Part shown: positions 18,845 to 26,367 of the stretch, piece by piece
Position numbering within the stretch: position 1 is the stretch's first letter
Layout of the letters: each line of letters opens with the position of its first letter
Source of the DNA: Bacteroidales bacterium
Lineage (GTDB): Bacteria; Bacteroidota; Bacteroidia; Bacteroidales; UBA932
Reading direction: 5' to 3'
DNA length: 64,000 bases
Assembly (NCBI GenBank): GCA_017398125.1
Contig: JAFQHE010000007.1
Location: 13,186 to 77,185, forward strand
The notes under the pieces: generated by a model
Database searches by the model: none
Told to the model about the DNA's origin: nothing
Seen by the model: the letters and a program-made list of their open reading frames with translations, nothing else
Position numbers and translations under genes: made by a program

Positions 18845-19762
18845 ATGTCAAGGATCTTTTTAAGGTATTTCCTGGCCATACTTTTTATATGTGCAGGCAG
18901 ATCTCTCCTCTTTGCTTCGGGGTGGAATGACTGCTCTTCGGATAAAGGCGGCAATGATTTGCCGCTTGTTCCATATTTGTGCGATAATCCCAGCGGGGTT
19001 TCTGTGATTGTGTGTCCGGGTGGAAGCTACTGTTGGCATGATTATGAAACTGAAGGAATTTCGGTTGCGAAGTGGCTTAACAGTATAGGCATATCTGCAT
19101 TTATATTGAAGTACCAGGTTATAGGCTTTTGGTCATTCCTTACTCATGACAGGTACCTCTTTCCACGCAATGATCATCCTGACATGATCTCCGATCTTCA
19201 GAGGGCAATAAAGTATGTAAGGAAGAATAGTAAAGAGTTCAATATTGATCCTCAGAAACTTGGTGTTATGGGATTCTCTGCAGGAGGCCATTTGGTAATG
19301 TCATCTGCAATGTTCTGCAATGAGGATTTTACCGGCTCCAGCGGTGGCGATGATATTGATCTGAAACCGAATTTCATTGCATCAATCTATCCGGTTGTGA
19401 CATTTGTTGATGAAAAATATGTGCACAAGCGTTCCCGACGGGCACTTTTGGGTGAAGGCAGAAGAAGAATCAACAGACTGAAGGATTCACTCTCGTTAGA
19501 GTTGAATGTGCCGGATGATTCTCCTCCGGTCTTCCTTATGAACTGCAAGGATGATCCGATAGTCAAGTACCAGAACTCGATTTTGTTGGATTCTGCACTG
19601 ACTGCAAAGGGAATATCACATAAATATATTTTATATAATACCGGCGGCCACGGTTTTGGTGCAGATTCTACCAAGACATCATCTGAGGCGATACAGTGGT
19701 TGTCGGAGTTCAAGCTTTGGCTTGACTCAACCCTACACGCTGAGAGCTATGAAAGAAAATGA
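18845..19762 (+). CDS. secreted alpha/beta hydrolase (esterase/lipase-like)
   Basis: ORF 18842-19762 (GTG, then ATG at 18845). Signal peptide, nucleophile elbow GFSAGGH, C-terminal GGHGF. Confidence 0.75.
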   Translation: MSRIFLRYFLAILFICAGRSLLFASGWNDCSSDKGGNDLPLVPYLCDNPSGVSVIVCPGGSYCWHDYETEGISVAKWLNSIGISAFILKYQVIGFWSFLTHDRYLFPRNDHPDMISDLQRAIKYVRKNSKEFNIDPQKLGVMGFSAGGHLVMSSAMFCNEDFTGSSGGDDIDLKPNFIASIYPVVTFVDEKYVHKRSRRALLGEGRRRINRLKDSLSLELNVPDDSPPVFLMNCKDDPIVKYQNSILLDSALTAKGISHKYILYNTGGHGFGADSTKTSSEAIQWLSEFKLWLDSTLHAESYERK

Positions 19763-21044
19763 CATTGAATTTTTACCGGCAAGTGAGATAAAACAGATTC
19801 AGGAATCTCTGTTGAAAGATGCTCTGCAATATCTGAATGCAAATTCACGTTATTATCAGAGGGTCTTCTCAAAATATGAGATTGACATTGACAAGATAAC
19901 CACACTTGAGGATCTTGTGAAGATCCCTTTTACTGAGAAAAAGGATCTGCAGCTCTATAATGAGGATTTTCTATGTTGTCCAAAGTCCAAGATAGTTGAT
20001 TATATAACAACATCCGGAACATTGGGTGATCCTGTAACATTTGGCTGTACAGACAAGGATCTCGACAGACTTGCATTCAATGAGCAGAAATCATTTGCTT
20101 GTGCTGGAGTAAAGCCTGGTGATATTGTCCAGCTTATGACAACATTGGACAAACGTTTTATGGCAGGTCTTGCCTACTTTTTGGGTATCAGAAAATTGGG
20201 GGCCAGTGTCATTAGAGTCGGCAACGGTATTCCTGAACTTCAGTGGGATACCATAAAGAGGATCAAGCCTGATACCATAATGTGTGTGCCATCTTTCATA
20301 TTGAGACTTATCCAATATGCCGAGGATAACGGAATAGACTACAAAAACAGCTCTATAAGAAGAATTATCGGTATAGGAGAGGGGTTGAGGGAGCAGAACT
20401 TTGAACTCAACCTGCTCGGACGAAAGATTAAGGAGAAGTGGGATGTAGATCTTTTTGCAACATATTCATCTACTGAGATGGGGGCAACTTTTTCGGAATG
20501 TGAGTATGGATGCGGCGGACATGTCCATCCGGAGCTAATTATTGTAGAAATTATTGGTGATGACAATCTTCCTGTTCCCGACGGAGAGTATGGTGAAGTT
20601 GTGATAACTTCGTTGGGTGTTGAGGGTATGCCCCTGTTGAGATTCCGTACAGGAGATATTGCTGCCAAAAAGGTGGAGCAGTGCAGGTGTGGCAGAAATT
20701 CATACAGGCTTACACCACTTGTGGGCAGAAAGAACAACATGATCAAGCTTAAAGGAACAACTCTATATCCTCCGGCAATTAATGATGTGCTTGACAATGC
20801 CGAGTATGTGGCCAACTATGTCATTTATGTGAAGAACAGTGATTCCGGCACAGATGAGGTGGTAGTGAAGATTGGTCTCAAATACAAGACAGAGTTTGAT
20901 GCAATCAAGGATCTCAAGGACCGTTTCAGATCAAGGATAAGGGTAGCTCCAATAATTGAGACAGAGAGTGTGGAGGAGATACAGAAGATAAACTTCCCTG
21001 CAAAGAGCAGAAAGCCTGTAAAATTCATTGACCTAAGAAGATAA
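19749..21044 (+). CDS. adenylate-forming ligase, phenylacetate-CoA ligase (PaaK)/F390-synthetase family
   Basis: ORF 19656-21044; ATG at 19749 (MKENDIEFL) overlaps the upstream gene by 14 nt. TTSGTLGDP, YSSTEMG, FRTGDI and GRKNNMIKLKGTTLYP adenylation motifs. Confidence 0.8.
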   Translation: MKENDIEFLPASEIKQIQESLLKDALQYLNANSRYYQRVFSKYEIDIDKITTLEDLVKIPFTEKKDLQLYNEDFLCCPKSKIVDYITTSGTLGDPVTFGCTDKDLDRLAFNEQKSFACAGVKPGDIVQLMTTLDKRFMAGLAYFLGIRKLGASVIRVGNGIPELQWDTIKRIKPDTIMCVPSFILRLIQYAEDNGIDYKNSSIRRIIGIGEGLREQNFELNLLGRKIKEKWDVDLFATYSSTEMGATFSECEYGCGGHVHPELIIVEIIGDDNLPVPDGEYGEVVITSLGVEGMPLLRFRTGDIAAKKVEQCRCGRNSYRLTPLVGRKNNMIKLKGTTLYPPAINDVLDNAEYVANYVIYVKNSDSGTDEVVVKIGLKYKTEFDAIKDLKDRFRSRIRVAPIIETESVEEIQKINFPAKSRKPVKFIDLRR

Positions 21045-21056
21045 ACTATACAAACT

Positions 21057-22193
21057 ATGAGAAACGGCAAATTTGATGATATACGTCCATATTATGACGA
21101 GGAAATACCCTCTGCAATGAGCAGAATTCTTCAGAGTGAGCACTTCCCGCTTCTGGCATCTTACGTTTACCCCGGAAAGAATATCGATGAGTTAAAAGCA
21201 CTTATCGGAACTTTCAAAACTATTGCTGATTTTCAGTTGGAGGTTATGAGGTGTGTGAATGAGCAGGTTATAGCAAGAAGTTCAACATCATTCACATACA
21301 GCGGAATAGACAAACTTGATCCTGATAAAAAATATCTTTTTATATCAAATCACAGGGATATAATGCTTGACTCGTCGCTTTTGCAATACATTTTGTACAA
21401 GAACGGCCACGATACTTCTGAGATTACATTTGGAGCCAATCTTATGAGCGGCCAGCTCGTAATAGACATAGGCAGGTCAAACAAGATGTTCAGGGTAGAA
21501 AGGGGTGGAAACATGAAGGAGTTCTATAAGGCATCCCTCCATTTGAGTGAGTACATCAGGTATGTAATTACAGAAAAGGGCCAATCTGTATGGATTGCCC
21601 AGAGAAACGGACGTACTAAAGATGGTAATGATCTGACTGACCAGGGTATTATAAAGATGTTCTGCATGAGCGGTTCGGGAGACAAGGTGAAGGATCTGGT
21701 AGATTTGAATATAGTGCCGGTTTCTGTATCATACGAGTGGGAGCCATGTGATATTCTCAAGGCCGTTGAATTATATTCGTCAAGAAAGGAGAAGTATGTG
21801 AAGAGGCCTGGTGAGGATCTCAACAGTATTCTTACTGGTATCCTTCAGCCTAAGGGGGCAATCCATTTTTCATTCGGAACACCTATAACTGAAGAGCAGC
21901 TTGCTGCATATTCTGACTCTCCAAGCAGCGAATATCACAAGAGTGTTGCAAAACTGTTTGATGATCAGATTATAAGTAACTTCAGGCTCTCTTCAAACAA
22001 TTACATTGCCTATGATATGCTTACAGGTGCTGATGAGTTTGCCGCAAAATATACTCCTCAGCAGAAAGCTATGTTTGAGAAAAATATGTCAAAACTTGGT
22101 GAGTATAATGTTGATGAGCCAGATGTGCTTAAAGAGATATTCCTTGGCATTTATGCCAATCCGGTAGAGAATGCAAAGAAGCTAAACAGATAG
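21057..22193 (+). CDS. PlsC/GPAT-family glycerolipid acyltransferase
   Basis: 378-aa ORF with ISNHRDIMLD (HX4D) and IAQRNGRTKDG motifs. Confidence 0.75.
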   Translation: MRNGKFDDIRPYYDEEIPSAMSRILQSEHFPLLASYVYPGKNIDELKALIGTFKTIADFQLEVMRCVNEQVIARSSTSFTYSGIDKLDPDKKYLFISNHRDIMLDSSLLQYILYKNGHDTSEITFGANLMSGQLVIDIGRSNKMFRVERGGNMKEFYKASLHLSEYIRYVITEKGQSVWIAQRNGRTKDGNDLTDQGIIKMFCMSGSGDKVKDLVDLNIVPVSVSYEWEPCDILKAVELYSSRKEKYVKRPGEDLNSILTGILQPKGAIHFSFGTPITEEQLAAYSDSPSSEYHKSVAKLFDDQIISNFRLSSNNYIAYDMLTGADEFAAKYTPQQKAMFEKNMSKLGEYNVDEPDVLKEIFLGIYANPVENAKKLNR

Positions 22194-22196
22194 CGG

Positions 22197-25100
22197 ATGA
22201 GTGGTCTGTTCATTAAAATATATGAAAAGTTTACCTGTAACAGGAGACTCTATTTCGCCATATTGGCAATGGTCTTCGCAATCCTTGTATTGCGCACACT
22301 GACATTGCAATACAGCGAGGATATATATGATTTTCTGCCACTTGACAAGAACCATCAGAAGTCACTTTCGGTATATCAGAATATCACATCATCAGACAAG
22401 GTAGTTGTAATTTTTGAGCAGAAAGGGGAGGAGACAGACCCAGATTATATTGTCGGGGCAATGGAGGAGTTCAATGGAATTCTCCTTGCAAAAGATTCTT
22501 TGGGCTATTTTGATGAGCCACTCAAGCGTTTTGACTACTCAACAATAAATGCTACAACTGATGTCATTTATGACAACATACCATTTTGTCTCTCGGAGGA
22601 GGATTATGACAGATTGGATACTCTCATTACCAGGGAGTTTATAAGAGACCGGATTGCGCAGGCAAAGAAATTCCTTATGATGCCTACAAGTACCTTTTTG
22701 AGTTCAAGCCTCAAGAGGGATCCATTGTCAATTTTTCTTCCGGCTGTGCAGCAGCTCCAGAAATTTGGTGGAGATACCGAGTTCGAAATCTATGATGGGT
22801 ATATCTTTTCTCCCGACAAAAGAATCTCCATTGGAATGGTTACATCTCCCTTTGGAGGCAGTGAAACGAGCAACAACACAGCTCTTGTGGCCTTCCTCAA
22901 TGAAGTGGTAGAGGATGTGCAGAAGGAGTATGATGAGATCTCTGTGCACATAACGGGCGCTCCTGTAATTGCTGTGGGTAATGCTTCACAGATCAAGCGA
23001 GACAGCTTTATTGCTGTGCTTATGTCCATTATTCTGATACTTGCGCTTCTGCTCTACTCGTTCCGAAGATGGAGGACACTTTTTTTCATATCAATCTCAA
23101 TATTTTTCGGATGGCTCTTTGCCATGGCTGGCCTGTCGCTATTTGGCGGTAATGTATCGATGATCGTTCTTGGAATAGCATCGGTCATTATAGGAATAGC
23201 AGTAAACTATCCGCTCCATCTGATTGCACATCTCAACCATACGCCATCAATTAAGGAATCATTGAAGGAGATTGTTTCGCCCTTGCTGATAGGAAACATA
23301 ACAACAGTAGGAGCCTTTCTCTCGCTGGTTCCGATGAACTCAATAGCACTCAGGGATTTGGGTATTTTCAGCTCATTTATGCTGATTGGCTCGATAATCT
23401 TTGTGCTGATATTTCTTCCTCCTTTGCTCAAGGAGAACAAAGCTGTGAAAGAACGGTACATTTTGCCCTCAGTGAGCAAATTCCAGTTCGATTCAAGAGG
23501 GTGGATCATAATTCCTGTGCTGGCAATTACATTGGTTTTAGGATACTTTGGCAGATATACCAGGTTCAATGTAGAAATGCAGAGTATCAACTACATGACT
23601 CCAGAGCAGAGGGCCGATTTCAAAAAATTGAATCTTCTCAAAAATCCGGGTGAGTATACCCAGCTTTATGTGGTTTCTGAGGGTCACACCCTTGATGAGG
23701 CACTTAAGGCCAAGGAAGAGGGGCAGGGATATATAAATCAGATTGCCGGACTATGTGATTCAATTGCTGTAAAAAGCATTTCCGGGGTAGTTCCTTCTCT
23801 TGCGCTGCAGGCCAAAAGAGTTGAGCGGTGGAACAGGTTGATGAGTGAAAAAGGGGAGCTTTTGGGTGGCTGCCTTAAGGAGGAACTTATTTCAAATGGA
23901 TTTAAAATCAAGGCATTTGCTCCGTTTTTTGCAACTATTGAAAAGAATTACAAGTGTGGGGCTTTGCACGAACTTTATAATCTGGAACTCTTCAACGGCC
24001 ATATAAGCAGAGATTCTGTCTCTGTGGCAGTAGTTGATATATTGTCGGTGCCGGACTCTTTGACACATATCGCCAAGGAGATTCTCAAATCTGATACCTC
24101 ATCCTTCCACTTTGATGAGAAGAGCCTCAGCAGCAAGATTGCCCAAACACTTTCAGATGAATTTGACTATATATGTCTTGCATGCGGTATAATAGTATTC
24201 ATCTTCCTCTGGCTCTCTTTCGGCCGTCTTGAATTGAGTATAATGGCATTCCTTCCAATGGCAATAAGCTGGGTCTGGATCCTCGGCATAATGGGTATTC
24301 TGGGGATAGAGTTCAACATAGTCAACATTATTCTTGCCACATTTATATTCGGACAGGGAGATGACTATACAATCTTTATAACCGAGGGTATCATTTATGA
24401 ATACACTTATAGGAAAAAGATACTTGCATCCTATAAAAACAGCATAATTCTCTCAGCCCTGATAATGTTTGCCGGAATTGGGACGCTCATATTTGCAAAA
24501 CATCCGGCCTTGAGATCTCTCGCTGAGGTTACAATAGTGGGAATGATTACAGTTGTTGTAATATCGTATATTGTTCCACCAATAATCTTCCGTTTCCTTA
24601 CTCATAAGGATGGAGAGCCGAGACTGGTACCATTGACTATTGCCCATTTCATAAGAGTTGCCATAGTCTATCCGCTTATGCCACTTGCCTTCTTATTTGA
24701 GGGTAGGTCTGGCTTACGTGTGGCAAGGTTGCTATGCAGGATGATTCCAGGTGTAAAGTTCAGCTTTCCTGACCGTAGTAAAAATGCAGGATGTGTTGTT
24801 CTATACAGGAAGAGCTCTTCTTTAGACAAACTACTCCTTAAGGCAACATATACAGATCCGCTGCTTGTTGGAATTGATAGTTCCACAACAGTAGCTCAGG
24901 CCTTGGAAAATGTTGCAGATATGGCAGTAAGATATTCTGCTGCAGTTGAGTTTGTCTCTCTGAATGGTGCTGAATTTGTGTCACCGTCAGGCTCATTCTT
25001 TATAAACGGGGGAGAGGTGAGGATTATACGCAGGGAGGTTCATGTTGGCGCGGATGATTTTTCGGCTGAATCTGCAGAGAGACTCTTGCATGAGATGGAA

Positions 25101-25463
25101 GAGTGTCAGGCAACGCCTGAGGTATATAAGGATTATATAGCTACAAGGTATCTTTATAAAGGGCATAATTTCTGTGCGAGTGTAGGAAGAAATCTTAGAA
25201 AAAGCGGATGCTATAGTGAATTTTTGGCAAGCTGTTCTGCGTCAGGTGACATTCTGGCCCGAAGTTCAGGTCTGGGAGAGGCGGCCATTTTGCTGGCAAA
25301 AGTTTACAGAGACAGAAAGATATACCTTTTTGTTGAAGATGAGGATTTGAGGAACCTCACTTTCAATTTGTCACACCTTCCAATGAATTTATTCCTTGTA
25401 AGATCATTTGAAGAGTTTGATACTCTTCTCTCTTCCGGAGAGTTTACCCAATTGTCGGTTTAA
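22197..25463 (+). CDS. MMPL/RND-type lipid exporter with C-terminal pseudo-acyltransferase and methyltransferase-like extension
   Basis: 1088-aa ORF with two multi-helix TM bundles separated by large soluble loops, and an IFGQGDDYTIF motif. The roughly 290-aa C-terminal tail is paralogous to the acyltransferase half of 12589-14091 but has YRKSSSLD in place of NHQSHLD. It ends with a G-x-G (SGLGEAAILLA) Rossmann-like segment. Confidence 0.8.
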   Translation: MSGLFIKIYEKFTCNRRLYFAILAMVFAILVLRTLTLQYSEDIYDFLPLDKNHQKSLSVYQNITSSDKVVVIFEQKGEETDPDYIVGAMEEFNGILLAKDSLGYFDEPLKRFDYSTINATTDVIYDNIPFCLSEEDYDRLDTLITREFIRDRIAQAKKFLMMPTSTFLSSSLKRDPLSIFLPAVQQLQKFGGDTEFEIYDGYIFSPDKRISIGMVTSPFGGSETSNNTALVAFLNEVVEDVQKEYDEISVHITGAPVIAVGNASQIKRDSFIAVLMSIILILALLLYSFRRWRTLFFISISIFFGWLFAMAGLSLFGGNVSMIVLGIASVIIGIAVNYPLHLIAHLNHTPSIKESLKEIVSPLLIGNITTVGAFLSLVPMNSIALRDLGIFSSFMLIGSIIFVLIFLPPLLKENKAVKERYILPSVSKFQFDSRGWIIIPVLAITLVLGYFGRYTRFNVEMQSINYMTPEQRADFKKLNLLKNPGEYTQLYVVSEGHTLDEALKAKEEGQGYINQIAGLCDSIAVKSISGVVPSLALQAKRVERWNRLMSEKGELLGGCLKEELISNGFKIKAFAPFFATIEKNYKCGALHELYNLELFNGHISRDSVSVAVVDILSVPDSLTHIAKEILKSDTSSFHFDEKSLSSKIAQTLSDEFDYICLACGIIVFIFLWLSFGRLELSIMAFLPMAISWVWILGIMGILGIEFNIVNIILATFIFGQGDDYTIFITEGIIYEYTYRKKILASYKNSIILSALIMFAGIGTLIFAKHPALRSLAEVTIVGMITVVVISYIVPPIIFRFLTHKDGEPRLVPLTIAHFIRVAIVYPLMPLAFLFEGRSGLRVARLLCRMIPGVKFSFPDRSKNAGCVVLYRKSSSLDKLLLKATYTDPLLVGIDSSTTVAQALENVADMAVRYSAAVEFVSLNGAEFVSPSGSFFINGGEVRIIRREVHVGADDFSAESAERLLHEMEECQATPEVYKDYIATRYLYKGHNFCASVGRNLRKSGCYSEFLASCSASGDILARSSGLGEAAILLAKVYRDRKIYLFVEDEDLRNLTFNLSHLPMNLFLVRSFEEFDTLLSSGEFTQLSV

Positions 25464-25474
25464 CTGAATAAGAT

Positions 25475-26245
25475 ATGAAAAAGACAGTTTTATTTATGCT
25501 TTCTCTCATTGCTACAGTCTTGCTGTATGGCCGTGATGAATTTAAGAGAGGCGCTTTTGTCTCCGGAACAACTGGAGATACTCTATTGTACCGGTATCTT
25601 GAGCCACAGGAGTTAAAAAAGGGCAAAAAGTATCCGCTTGTAATATTTCTCCACGGATCGGGGGAGAGGGGATCAGATAATCAGGCACAGTTGTTTCATG
25701 GCAGCGGACAATTCATAAATCCTGTAAACAGGGAAGAGTTTCCTGCATACGTGCTCTTTCCACAATGTCCCGAAGGCGTGCCTGGTGCATATATGCCACG
25801 TCTTGAGACATTGGTTCCTGCTGATATGCCATTGAATCCGCCTGTAGCTCCTATTGTACTCACCTTGATGGATCTGATAAACTCCTATATTGCCATGCCT
25901 GAGGTAGATGACAGACGGGTTTATATAATGGGAATATCAATGGGTGGAATAGCAACTTACGATATAGTTTCGAGGTATCCGGAACTATTTGCTGCAGCTG
26001 TGCCTATATGCGGTTCTGTCAATCCGCAGAGGCTGAAAAGCACCAAGGGGGTGGCTTGGCGAATTTTTCACGGGGATTCGGATGCCGCTGTTACAGTGGA
26101 GGGTTCGCGCGAAGCTTACAAAGCTTTGAGAAGTTTTGGATATGATGTAGAGTATATTGAGTTTGCAGGATGCACACACAACAGCTGGAATCCTGCCTTC
26201 AACTATCCTGACTTTATGAAGTGGTTATTCAAGCAGAAGAGATAA
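25475..26245 (+). CDS. secreted alpha/beta hydrolase (carboxylesterase/phospholipase-like)
   Basis: 256-aa ORF with signal peptide, FLHGSGERG, nucleophile elbow GISMGG and HGDSD. Lies 11 nt after the MMPL gene and before the first terminator. Confidence 0.75.
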   Translation: MKKTVLFMLSLIATVLLYGRDEFKRGAFVSGTTGDTLLYRYLEPQELKKGKKYPLVIFLHGSGERGSDNQAQLFHGSGQFINPVNREEFPAYVLFPQCPEGVPGAYMPRLETLVPADMPLNPPVAPIVLTLMDLINSYIAMPEVDDRRVYIMGISMGGIATYDIVSRYPELFAAAVPICGSVNPQRLKSTKGVAWRIFHGDSDAAVTVEGSREAYKALRSFGYDVEYIEFAGCTHNSWNPAFNYPDFMKWLFKQKR

Positions 26246-26313
26246 TCTGCAAACCTCTTTGCATTCATAAAGCAATCTCAAAGGCCTGCAAATGAGGCCG
26301 GTTATAAATAGCA

Positions 26314-26345
26314 AATCCCTATCAGAAAGCGCTCTGACAGGGATT
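26314..26345. terminator. hairpin between convergent genes (bidirectional terminator candidate)
   Basis: aatccctatcaga / tctgacagggatt forms a 13-bp stem (one mismatch) with a 6-nt loop. Lies between the stop of 25475-26245 (+) and the stop of 26368-27816 (-). Confidence 0.6.
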
Positions 26346-26367
26346 CGTTGTCTGATGTCGGCAGGCA

